Positions 1 through 12,100 of a stretch of DNA of 64,000 bases are shown here, piece after piece. Numbering within the stretch: position 1 is the first letter of the stretch; every line of letters begins with the position of its first letter. The stretch comes from Oculina patagonica (taxonomy: Eukaryota), in the NCBI RefSeq assembly GCF_052425735.1, contig NC_135770.1:36394001-36458000 (forward strand). The letters run 5' to 3'. A program made the position numbers and the translations under genes. The notes under the pieces are model-generated. The model worked only from the letters and a program-made list of their open reading frames with translations. It did no database searches and was not told the DNA's origin.

Positions 1-902
1 ACACGATCTTATAATCTCACACAGCACTATTCTCACTGCATACATAATTAGCCCGTCACGCGGGAATGGCTTAAGTTCGTTAAATTCCGGCGCGTTGCAC
101 CTGCGCACTAGTAGCATGATGCATTGCGTCCTTCGCTTCAAATATCACAGTTTCAGTCGCCTCGTGGCCAGTTCAACGGAGTTCGGTGAAGTGACGTTTC
201 AAAGTTTCTTTGCATATGACCGCCACCAGCCCATCTTGGCCGACGCTGAACCAGCTTTGCCGGCGGCCCCGCTGTAGTTGCTCTGGCCCCCGTGGTCGAA
301 CAAGAGGTACTTTTTCAGTTGTGTTCTTCATTTTCCGTCTTGTTAGGTTTCGGCGTCGCGGGTTGGCCACGTTTTTGTCGTTTCCCTTGCTTATTCCGTT
401 CCCACGTGCTTTCATGTCTGGCTTATCTTTCAAATGGTGTTTACTGCTCGCCACTTTCGGGATAGGGATTTCATGCAGTTTTGTGTCCGGGAAATTTAGC
501 TTTTGGCCCGCTTCACCTTTCGTGGTTTGGTTTTTCATTTTAATCGTTATTTTATTCTTGGTGCATGCAGCGCGATTGCCTTTTGTTTTTTCTACCAATT
601 ATTGGTCATATTGTGTTATTAGTTTGCTGCTTGTCAGCTTTTACCCCCATGGGGCACGTTCTTTCATTTGGGATCGCTTATTTGCATATTTTTGTTTTTG
701 AATTTTCTTTGTTTGGGTTTATTTGTGTCGTATTTTGTGTTTGCCCTTCTGTTGCGGTTTAAATGTCCATGTTTCCATGTAGTCTATGTTGCTATCCCGT
801 GGCGAGCAGGTGGGACCCGAGGAACGGCTAATTTTCCCTCAAAATTAGCGGTCTTGAGCCTTTGTATAATGTTTTAATGTTTTAAGTTTTATACGTTTGT
901 TT

Positions 903-1380
903 GGCCCGGAGAGCCAGCAGCCTGGAGAGCTGTAAAATGTTTTGAGTATGGCCTGGAGAGCCAGCAGCCTGGAGAGCTGTAAAGTGTTTTGAGTATGACC
1001 TGGAGGGCTGTGTAATGTTTTTTGAGTGTGGCCTGGAGAGCTGTAAAATGTTTTTTGAGTACGGCCTGGAGAGCTGTAAAATGTTTTGAGTATGGCCTGA
1101 AGAGCCAACAGCCTGGAGAGCTGTGAAATGTTTTTTGAGTATGGCCTTGAGAGCCAGCAGCCTGGAGAGCTGTGAACTGTTTTCTGAGTATGGCCCGGAG
1201 AGGTGTGTAATGTCTTTTGTGTACGGCCCGGAGAGCCAGCAGCCTCGAGAGCTGTGAAATAGATTTTAAGCTCGCTATGTTTGTATGGCCTGAAGGGCCA
1301 ACAGCCTGGAGGGCTGTGAATTTCTGACTCAGTTCGCTATGCTTGCATGGCCTGGAGAGCAGGCTGCCCGGAGAGCTATG
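903..1380. repeat. Minisatellite inside the PAT-like element (35-50 bp variant units)
   Basis: Repeated ggcctggagagccagcagcctggagagctgtaaaatgttttgagtat variants. Confidence 0.9.
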
Positions 1381-3362
1381 GCACAATTAAGTGAGTTCAT
1401 TATGCTTGTACCGTCCGGAAGGCCAGCGGTTGAGTGAGTTTTCTATACTTGTGGTTCCAGAAGAGCTAGCGGCCAGGAGACCCGCAGCGTAGTTTTCATT
1501 GCTGTTCTTTTTCAGCCAAATATGTGGGCTTCTATCGGTAATGATTTCTTCGCTACGGCATGCAACTCAGTTATTTACAGAATTGTGCTTTTCGTCTTAA
1601 ATACATATCATTTAATATTTGTTTTAACTTGTCTGCTTTTGCCTTGGGGTGGGACCTTTGCCTTGGCCCTGTTGACCTCGGGGGGACCTTCTCAGTGTCT
1701 CAATTTCGGACCTAGTTCGGAGCCTGGGGTCAACAAAGGGTTGGGTTCCCTTTTACTTCTTTCGGGAATTTGTTTCGGTTTTCATGAAGTTTTAGGTAAA
1801 TTCTCCTTTGTTCGCCGCAAGACTAAGTGCGACACAGTAGCACATCTCAAAAGGAAACGTTCCTCTCCGCTACATTCCACAGGGAGCCCCTCCCTTTGTT
1901 GGCCCCTTGCCTACTCCGGAGCTAGTAGCGTCTTGCCCAGGTTTAGGTAATCTGGCTCATTTGCGCTTGTGCGACTTGAGTCCCTTGAGGGATGGCAATG
2001 TAATAACCTGACTGTTTGGCAGGACTTTCTTGAGAAATTACCTTGTGCTGAAGTTGGCATCTTAAAGTAATCTAAGTCGGAGTTCGCGTCGTCCGCTCCT
2101 TCAAGCTATTCAAAGGGAATTTCAAGGACAGGTGTACAAATCCAATTATTCCAAGTTCTCCAAGTTCGTCTCCGATTCCGTTATGCTACGGGTGACCGCG
2201 GGGTTATGGCTGTTTGGGGCCCGGTACATAGTGTGGCATCCCAGCGTTTAGTCGCCCCCGCAGGGTTCCGGCCCCGAGGAAGCACCTTAACGGTCCCCGC
2301 GTAGGTGAAAAAATGCATGCATTCAGCGAGCTGTACCGGAAAAAGAAAAAATCTTGAAGTCAGTACTGCAAAGGATTAAAATGGCCGTCGCACTGCGTTC
2401 ACAAGAAACATCTGTTGGTTGAAGAAATGGCTGAAACGTGTACCTGAAATTGAAATGATACCGAAAATGAGGATGAAAGGATAACAGACGTATCATCCAG
2501 AGACGAATCTTTAAATGTGTCAAATTTTGTTACTCGCGGAACTGTTAGGCTTTTTCGCCAGGAAATTATTGTAGGTTTATTTTGAATGTGATAGGGAATA
2601 AGGGAATAGGTTTGCGTGTTGTCACTACGAATAAAAGTTCACGTGTTGTGCCTGTATCTTTTAGGTAATTTCTGGTAACCTATTAAGCCGCCCAGTGCGT
2701 TCCAATACCCGAACCTCAGGCTTACCATCTTATCTTTGTGAGGTCACATTATACGCATAAGAATATTTAAATTTCTCCATTCATTGCTATTGTAAATTTT
2801 TAAGCTTTCTAAATTCGGCTTGTTATGACTTGTACTTGTTTTACCTCTAATTATTATTCGCGGCGTCCTTCTCACATCCCGCTCGCTCGGGGTTCTAGTT
2901 TCACATTTATGATCGGCACGTTTGACAGTTTTTCAGTTCTCCTTTTTCAGTTTTTGCTCATTAAGGCTGCCATTTCAATGGTATTGATAAATCGCATGTG
3001 GCTTTTTCAACATGGGTGCGGTTTCTAGGATTCATACGCGACTCTGCGCGTCAAGCATTCCTCGTCCCCGAGGAAAAGATAATCAAGTTCTCAGCGTTAA
3101 GGGAAGATATTCGTTTGTTCCCTTTCGTGGGCCTCAACGCTTTTCAGCGAAGGTTCTCTTTTTTACCTTTTCCTCCCGGGATGTAAATTTCGGAGTCTAC
3201 TTTGCCTTCCGTCAAAATAGAAGCTGGTCATTGCACGGAAATAGAGTATTGGCCTTTTCTTGACAACTGGAAGGATTACATTCCATGGGAGACAGAACTC
3301 CTTGCAGTCCATACCGCTTTATTGAGATGCCTCGAAGGGCCTGGGTTAGGAGCTTTGCTAAA

Positions 3363-5609
3363 ACAGACCTGGTGAAACCCGACCTGGTGGGTTATTTTGC
3401 TCTCCCTGGTGAAAATTTAACCTCCCTGGTCCCTGGTGATTATCTGAAAAATCCCTGGTCAATTTTATTTCTCCCCGGTGAAGAATTTAGTTTACCTGGT
3501 CAGGAAAAATCAACCAAAATCTTTCTGCTGGCTTGACGGAAGAAAACGACGCCCGGCAAAAAGACAATTTAATAAATGAGCTCTCGCGCTCTCTGTGTGT
3601 ACTCTCCTCGCGCTCTGTGAGCTCGACTTGTAGCCAAGTCTAATCACTGACTGAGACAAAACAGATCTGTTTCCTTTTCTGTATGTAATATGAACTTGTG
3701 TATGATTCAGAGCGATTTGAACAGCGCGTGCGGCCCAAAGCGAATGTGTGGAAGTATTTTCGACCATGCTATCTACAGCGTTTTATAGAATAAGTAAGTA
3801 CGCAGAGGATAATCAGCTTGACCGATATAATTCTTGGTGAGTAGTAAGTGGCTTTTTTCCATCGATTAAGCAGCCTTGAGCAGTTTGAGCGGCGTTTGAT
3901 GTAAATATCCTGTTTAACTTTGCAGCCTGCCGGCACATTGTGATGTAAAAAATACGCAAGTTGTTCAGTACATTCAAGATCACTCAAGTGGCGTGTCACG
4001 GTAAATTTTAATTAAGTTGGCTTAAATTGTATGTACAGTGTAAATAGCACTTTGTGTAGCTTTCACCTGCATGAAACTAATATTGCCTAGCTGGAGGACA
4101 GCAGTCATCCTGGTCATTTAACATTTAACACGTATTTTTTCATTGCTCGGCGGCTAAATGCGAAAAAGGGACACTTCATTCGACTTGTTAAAGATATAAG
4201 CAGACGGTTTTCTTATTTTGATTCTTTACGCATTGACCTTCCAAAAATGGATCAACCAATAAGGGCCGGCATTATGAACATTCTGCAAACGGACGACACA
4301 GTTTAAATTTAGGCGCACGCGTGCTAGACAACCAGTCTGGATCTGTCTCTTGGTGCCTGTCTCTTTTGATAATAAATCTTTATGTCAGTTACCTTCTGGA
4401 AAAGTAATTAAACTTGTATTCAGGTTAGCAGGGCTAGCAGGGAGTCGAGAAAATGATCCCACGAAAAGTTCTCCCAATTTCTTTGAAACAGTATCGAATA
4501 TCTGGCTGAATTACATTAACCTTTGGTTAACTTTAGGTCGTAAATTTTGTTTTGGCGGGTGTAATCCGTCAAGCGCAAGGTTGGTTGCCTGGTGAAGTGC
4601 GTTCTCCTTCTAAAAATAAGGAACTTTGAATTTAACTGAGAAGTTCTAGAAATAATCGGGATTTTTTACGTTTACTTTAAACTGCCTGGTTGCATATGAA
4701 ACTCCCTTCAAAATGCACGAAATGTGATCTGGGGCTGTCTAATCTTTCAAATTTCCCGGGGAGGCATTCCCCTGGACCCCCAGTAGCTTACACCTTCGAC
4801 ATTCACACGATTGCATCTTTCAGATCGTTGGCGCTCTGAAGAACCGTCGTTTTAAATCCTGCCTACTGGCCTGCTAAGAACTGGAAAATTAACATGAATC
4901 TAAAGGAAGTTTAATCATTTTAAGGCGATGATGTCAGTCCATCGCCTTATATTAGAAGGCGGTCGGCGAAAACTTCTGTTCGTCATCGCTTCTGCATGCA
5001 TTGCGTGCCGTTTGCGAGAATTTCAGAGAATTTCAGGAATATAACCCCGGCGACTGCTACAAGTCCAAGTGCGAACTGACAGTGTCAATAGTAGGGTGAC
5101 TCATTGGCTCATTGTGACAATGATTTGCTAAATTTGACCCATTCCTGATCTAGTGGCGGTAATGCACTGTGCGAAACAAAGAACGCTCGGGGATCGCAAA
5201 ATCGGCCCGTTTGCCGTATAATGCGAAGGCAAGAATTTAAGTCCGATGCCTTTTTAAATTATTCGATTCTGTTTCTCCTTTGCCACTTTTCTTCGTGTAA
5301 GAGCAGGATACAAAACGTACGTTACTTCAGTTGTTTACGTACAATGCGAAAAAACGACGGTGTCATCTACAGCCGTTAGTTAGGCGACATCGTTGCGGAA
5401 AGTTGTGCACTATTGCCCCGCTAAGTTTATTGCATATTGGGTCACAGAGTTTTGCATGTATATACATACATGGTTAGATTTAATAAATCATCGACCTTCG
5501 AGGTGAAAAAAAATTAATCAACCTGGTGGGTTTTTGACTGCCCTGGTCGATTTTGTGTTGAAAACCTGGTGGAAAATCAGGTGTCACCAGGTCTGTTACA
5601 GAGGGGTGT
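3363..5609. mobile_element. Non-autonomous TIR DNA element nested in the RNase H region of the YR element
   Basis: Termini acagacctggtga.../...tcaccaggtctgttacagaggggtgt. 6-bp TSD gctaaa (3357-3362, 5610-5615). RNase H-like coding resumes across it. Same TIR family as 17036-17293. Confidence 0.8.
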
Positions 5610-6599
5610 GCTAAAGGACGGTCGCAGTTTGGTGTCGAGAGATATTTGGATAGAAGTCTCGCAAGACATCAATATCTTAGAAGCTCGGGCTTTTTTGCAT
5701 TCACTCTTTAATTTCGTTTAGACACCTTATTAGATCAAGTAAAGTTAATGAACACACTGACAGCTTCGATTTGAAGCTAACAACATTTTCAAAGACATTG
5801 TTGATTGCTGCAAAGAATTCGCTATAAGCCTTGATAAACATTATGTTTCCTTCAGGTAAACCAGGATGATTTTCCTTCCAGATACTTATCGAACACAGAT
5901 TGTAAGTTGTCAAAAGTGCTTGGCTGCAAGTCGAGCGTCTTTTTGGGCCTCGCTTCTTCGAAATCGTGTCTTTGAATAACAATTAATTGTCAACCCAACA
6001 GGGCAGGCCACTGCTTGTCCCACTTTACACCTTGTGCAGTTTTTAGCGGCATCAACGTTTTTGCAAAGTCTCTGCCGTCGGAGCACAACTTGTGTGTGCA
6101 TTCCCGCCATTTGTTTTAACAGCGCCTCTTTTAAATGCATGCCTGAGCAGGAATTTTACGGTGCGTTTGCTATCATTATCCCGCACTTGAGGCCTTAGGC
6201 GCTTCTGTTGGGCGTTACTACAGTCGCTTCAGTGATATCTATGAGGCCATCCGTTGCGTTTGTTAAGCTCACCTGGTCTCATCTTTTGCGTTATGTTTCC
6301 ATGGAAGTCAGCCCGATGCTGTTCATCTTGCCTTAATTCTAACGATTTTGATGCCAAATGTTGCCAGATATGTGGAATGTAAACCGGACTTTAGAGTGCC
6401 GCTACGGCAGCTGTTCGCGTGAATGAAGCTGCGATCCAGGAGCGATCGAAGATACTTTAATCTGTCATGCGTCCAAGCCCTTATCAAAGGCAGAAATCTG
6501 CGCTGGAGCAGCAGCTTTCCCAGTTTTTGGAGACTTTATGTGCTTTTGATAACATTGTTAAATATCTAATTTCTAGGATAAGTCCGGGAGAACTTGAGT

Positions 6600-7455
6600 A
6601 AATGCGTCCTCATGTTTTAAAGCTCCTTATACCAGTCCGAAACACTTATAGCTGGGTAAGATAATTCTCTTATGGGTCGTTTGAGAGCCGTCTTCGATAA
6701 TCTGGGGCGTCTTAATGATTCTAATCCAGTCGCCCATCCTCTTGTCGAAGAGTATTTTAAATCTTTCAAACAAAGGCAAGCGCGTTTTGCTAGTACACCT
6801 GCTCAAGCGTTCCCTTCGTTTTTTGTTTTGATTTGTTTTTTAAAAGTTATATATTTCAGCAACTATAGCTTTCCTCAGTTGTCAATATGTTAGTCAGGTA
6901 CCCCTTTCGCGCGCAGGTAAGTATGTCCCCGTTGGAGATGCGACATTTTTTGTACTGGATTTTTCCACCTGGGGTAGGACCTCCGACCTCGGTCGCCTCC
7001 AATCTTGTAACGTATTTAAGTTTAAGAACGGGAAGACCATTTTACTCTTCTTTTTTGATATTCGCGAATATTTCACCCTATTATATTTACTCATCCTGAT
7101 GTTTGCCCCTTTGGCTGGATTCAGTATTACATAACAGTATTGCAATGCCTTAAGATACCACTGCACCAAGGATACTTTTAGAGCCACAGAACATATCGCA
7201 ACGGATCAGTAATTGGTAAGCCCTTCACGAGTTCTGCGGTTAACAGTCGGCTGAGAAAACTCCTTTTAGATTCCAAACTCCTTGCAGGGGAAACTTCGCA
7301 TGGTTTTCGGGTATTTTCCAACTCTCTAAGGTTCTTAGGTTGTTCTCAGGGAGTCGTTACTCAATACTTGGGCTGGGGAAGTAGAGAAACCGCGAAGAGG
7401 TATATGCAGATCTCTGGGAAGTAAGGAAATCGCGAAGAGGTATATGCAGATCTCA
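6600..7455 (+). pseudogene. Degenerate tyrosine recombinase ORF of the PAT-like element
   Basis: GRLRAVFDNLGRLNDSNPVAHPLVEEY N-terminal part, then the R, HxxR and GW...Y catalytic motifs, separated by frameshifts and stops. The ~40-bp segment carrying the catalytic Tyr codon is tandemly duplicated (~7373-7454). Confidence 0.8.
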
Positions 7456-8105
7456 GATGCTAAGTTATACACACTCCTTACCATTTTAGAAGGAGTGCCC
7501 CCTTGGGCGGCTTCTGGATTAGTAACGCCGGTGTCACATCCCGGTAATTTGGAGGCTGCTGTTAACGTTGCCCTAAATGAACATGTGACTTGAGGGTTTG
7601 GGGTTTCTGAGTAATGGAAGGAATAAAAGTGGAAGATTTTTGTGAAAGTGTTTTCTGTTGGTTTTTCGCTCTTCTCGCCCTTCTTTCCGGAATTGACAGC
7701 AGAGTGTCTGGGGCAGGAGCGGGTATCCTCCCATAACTTAGCTTCCCGTGTCAGGGCAATTGTATTCAGTGAGAATGTTTTACTATTCTCACTGCATACA
7801 TAATTAGCCCGTCACGCGGGAATGGCTTAAGTTCGTTAAATTCCGGCGCGTTGCACCTGCGCACTAGTAGCATGATGCATTGCGTCCTTCGCTTCAAATA
7901 TCACAGTTTCAGTCGCCTCGTGGCCAGTTCAACGGAGTTCGGTGAAGTGACGGTAAAAGTTTCGCCCCTCCCACCTCCCCTGGTGGCGGTCGATCACTGC
8001 TGTATCCTACATTCTACACGCCAATTGCCATGGCAGTCGCGGGTATCCTCCCATAACTTAGCTTCCCGTGTCAGGGCAATTGTATTCAGTGAGAATGTTT
8101 TACTA

Positions 8106-8370
8106 ATAATTGTCACGCGGTCTTATCATCTCACACAGGTGACAGCACTAATAATTGTCATGCAATCTTATAATCATACACAGCACAAATAATTGTCACG
8201 CGATTCTATAATCTCACACAGCACTAATAATTTTCACGCAATCTTATAATCTCACTCAGCACTAATAATTGTCACGCGGTCTTATAATCCCACATAGCAC
8301 TAATAATTGTCACGCAATCTTATAATCTCACATAGCACTAATAATTGTCACGCAATCTCATAAACTCACA
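8106..8370. repeat. 38-bp minisatellite (also 1-28), interrupted by the YR element
   Basis: About 7 units of ataattgtcacgcaatcttataatctcacacagcacta; the same unit precedes position 29. Confidence 0.9.
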
Positions 8371-8585
8371 ATAAATATCAGGGTAGAATAAAGCGGGGGG
8401 GGGGGGAAAAAAAAGGGGGGGGGGTGGGTGGAATCAGGATTTTTCTCAGGAGGGGTGCACACCCCTGCACCCTCCCCCTAGATCACCCCTGAATATTTCC
8501 CAAAGCACATTGTGGTAAAACATTTTTAAGCTAGTCCAATAACATCTTATTTAATATGAGCCTTTGTTGTAACTTTGCAGCTTAC

Positions 8586-9029
8586 CTCTGCTCTCTTACG
8601 TTTTTTAAGTGCTGTGTTCCTATCCACCCCATGCTGGCAGTCATAAACCTTTGAACCCAAAATTATGAAAGGTACTCCAGTAAAACTTATTCTTGCTCCA
8701 CGCACATGTTGGTTGTCTTCCCAAAATATTCTGTGCGATCCTTCAGTGTAATCTAGGCGAACAATAAGTTATAATTTTAGCCTGCGCCCAGCCCTCTCCG
8801 AGTGAAACCAAGGAAAGAAAAGACGCCGACGTCTGCGCGCTCTTTTGTGCATCGCAGGCTAAAATATGATTTATGAATCGTACTCACTGAAAGATCCAAA
8901 GCGTTTTGTTGCCCTACAACATGCGAACTTTGCTGTTGATTTCGTTTCCAAATCCTCGATTAGTTTGTTTGCTTCTTCCAAAGAAGACACATATCCAAAA
9001 TTTTCTCCCAACGTTTCAACGAACGCCAT
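8586..9029 (-). CDS. CaRF/ALS2CR8-like protein, paralog on minus strand (only exons 1-2 visible)
   Basis: Exon 1 9029-8888 (MAFVETLGENFGYVSS...) and exon 2 8752-8586 (YTEGSHRIFWED...FTGVPFIILGSKVYDCQHG). GT-AG sites and intron phases are identical to the plus-strand paralog. Downstream exons not found in the window. Confidence 0.7.
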
Positions 9030-9108
9030 CTTAATTTTTTCCTTGGAACCGTGCGACCTGGGTTCTAGAAGGGCATGGGTTCGACAGGAATGATGGGAAG
9101 ACAACAAT

Positions 9109-12100
9109 ATGGCGGCGCAAAGACCAGTTATAGAAACTTTAGGAGAAAATTTTGGATATGCCTTTTCCGTGGAAGATGCTTATATTTTTATAAGAGAATT
9201 TGAAACAAAGACAACGTCAAAGTTCACAAGTTATAGAACAGATAAAGGTTTTGGAGCCATTGGTGAGATTGGTTCATCGCTCAAATCTAAGCGCTCTGCA
9301 ATTAGACCTACTGTCCTGCAGACTGTAGACTTGGAGACTTTTCACTCCGATCAGCCTGAATAGTGCTAGCGTTCCGGTTAGCCTGAATAGAACTCAAGTT
9401 AGCCTGTTTACGGTTAGCTCTCAATATAAGCACGATACATCATTTTGTCTGCAGTCTGCATTTTTATGTCATACACCGCGCCGCCTACTTTGTGTGGTAA
9501 ACTGCAGTCTTTTCTTGAACTCCAGTTTATAGCCTGAATATGGCTCTGGATAGCCTGGAAATATATCCCAGTTAGCCTCAAAAGCGCTGATCAATAACGG
9601 TAACGCTAACATGATATTTTTGTGCTAATAAACAATATAATTAATAAATGTTGCTTTTTGTAGATTACACCAAAAGGTCACACAGGATATGCTGGGAGGA
9701 TCAACCACATGTTAAACGGCCTAAAATCAGTTTTACTGGGGTGCCATTCATATATTTGGGTTGTAAGATTTATGATTGCCAGCATGGCATGGATAGGAAG
9801 GCAGCAGCTAAACAAAAAAGACAACAGGCAGCAGAGGTAAGGAACATATTACCGGTAAATAAAACTGCCGGAGCGATCTGTGGTCATAGCTTAAAATATA
9901 AAAATGTTTGAAACAGATCTAAAAAATATAAAACGACACTCTAAATTTTCGATCGCCTTCTGCGGTCTTTTTCAGAGAATGATGGATTTTTGGAAGGTTC
10001 GCAGAATTCCAATAAGTTGCATCGACATTATTGTTCGTTGCCCCCCTGGGAAGCAACTAGCGATGCGTAAACCCTTGGGAAGGGCGCTCTTTCGTTTTAG
10101 TGTTGGGGAGATGAAAGATCCAGAAACAGTCTGCTGCTGCACACCGCAAATCGGCGTAGCTGGATGATGCGTGGTCGATTCGCATGATGTGGCCCCTCGC
10201 AATTTCCAGTTTCTTTTGCTTTCCCCAACGTATGCAAATGAGCATGTCCTGCAAGTCACTTTGTATACGATTCCTTTCAACTGCTCTTTATTCGGTCGAT
10301 TTTCACATGATGTCATCAAAATTCTAAAATCCAGAATTGTGAGACCCCTTACTTTTTATCCTTCACTGTCTATTAGATGTCCAAAATATATAAGTTATTG
10401 AAGGTTTTGAGCTGGATAGCATCCACCGTCTTTAAGATATAAAATTTTGAATTTCTGAGTTTTGCACCACACGACATCAAAAAGACCACCTGAAGGCTGT
10501 CATGTATGCATAAAGGAAATGGTTCAACCTTTTTATTTTTAACAATCTAAATAGTTGAGGTTTTATGAGAAGTGTTTATGTGAATGTTTACGTGTTCATG
10601 AGTTGGCCGCAGTTTTTATAGCAGAAGTAAATGCCAGATGTTTTCATTGATAATTTTCCAGTGGCCATGATGGAGCTGCCTTCACATGGACTCCAACATG
10701 GCATTTCCATACTGTGCTCCCTAAATTTGTGTAAAACACTTTGGCAGATAACTCAAGTAAGAAATACTGTACAGTCCTGAGACTTGGACACGTTGTCTAT
10801 CTACTAGTAATTTTTACAACCTGTAATATTCTTAATTTTTTTTTACTCAATAGTTTTGGATTTATTTTTTAGCAGCGCATGACAGTAGCATTACTGGCGT
10901 GACAGTAAAAAACAGTAATAGCAGAATGTTAGGTCAAAGGTGTTGCAGAAACACACAACATAAACAGCAACGGTGTGCATGTCCATCAACAGTACGGTTG
11001 AACACAGAAACATCAGGCCACTGTCAATAAATATAACCGGGGGTATGAAGTTATACATACTGCTAAGATTTGAATTCTTTTAACAGACTGGCAATGTCAC
11101 TTCCAAGAAATGCCCTAAAGCCATCCAACGAATACCAAAGTTAAACTGCACAGCACGGATAAAGCTCAGAGAAATTTTAATGTTTCCAGATTTCAAGGTG
11201 AGGACTAAAACTTAAACATATTTACAGTTTAACAACCCAAAATTCCTTCTTTCACTGTGACATAAAGAGTGCCCCCCCCCCCTTTTTCCTATCTCTTAAT
11301 ATACACTGCAGTACTTGGCTGTAAGCTTATGTCCCGCCTTGTGCTTTAAAAATAACATGTAAAGTTTGAAAGAAAGGAACATGGTGTGAGACTCGTGCGC
11401 ATAACAAGGACTTGAAAGCCTCTGATATGATAACATGGTCTTTCACACATGCTATCGTGTTGCCTTTTTAAATCGTGTGTAACAGCTTTGATTATTTAAC
11501 TGATGAAAGCTTAAGCAATCGCCGAAACGTCTTGAAAAATAACATCAAAACAGTCAGCGTCAATCCACTAGCAAACTATGTAATCCCCCTTACCTACTTA
11601 ACTTTATGTAGCTGTTATAGTACTGTTTTACCCTTAGTATAATTGGGTATTTCCCTTTGTTTAATTATCATTATAATATAAATTATAAGTATATACTCAA
11701 ACAGTGGAAAGCGATTTTTGCCCCGTGCTGATTGGCTACTCAAACTCCAAATATGCTTTGCTATTCACCTCCAAGCAACTTGCGTGCGAAATATGTACTC
11801 GTTAACTTAAATAACTAGTCAAATTATATGTCATCTTTATGGGCTAAATTATTTCACTGTTTGAGTGTATACTAAAACTACTATTCACCTCAGTGTTGGT
11901 GGCTAGTGGTGGATATTTACCTCATGGCTTGGTAAATATCCACCACTAGCCACCTCCACTTTGGTGAATAGTTGTTATCTATACATCAATACAAAGAAAA
12001 ATACCAATTGTACCAAAGGTAAAATTGAACTACAACATAGCCATTTACAAAATTTCATTGTAACAGATTGACAAAAACACCATGTCCAGGAGAAGATTAT

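Larger units (their letters stand above)
29..8105 (+). mobile_element. Tyrosine-recombinase retrotransposon (DIRS order, PAT-like, split direct repeats A1-ORFs-B1-A2-B2), decayed
   Basis: A1 29-196 matches A2 7785-7952, and B1 7719-7784 matches B2 8039-8104. Frame-broken internal remnants: RT (FLGFIRDSARQAFLVPEEK, ~3010-3110), RNase H (DINILEARA...HTDS, ~5665-5765), methyltransferase-like (HFTP...GINVFA...FPPF, ~6020-6130) and tyrosine recombinase (GRTSDLGRL ~6975, HGFR ~7300, YLGWGS....RY ~7365-7405). No TSD; only a shared ACTA core at both ends. Confidence 0.9.

Noticed and set aside
173-1386. ORFs of 141-165 aa at the start of the window
   Set aside because: Low-complexity or minisatellite-derived frames inside the decayed YR element; no recognisable domain.
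8106-8370. Regular ~38-bp repeats resembling a CRISPR array
   Set aside because: Units are contiguous with no unique spacers, there are no cas genes, and the context is eukaryotic; it is a minisatellite.
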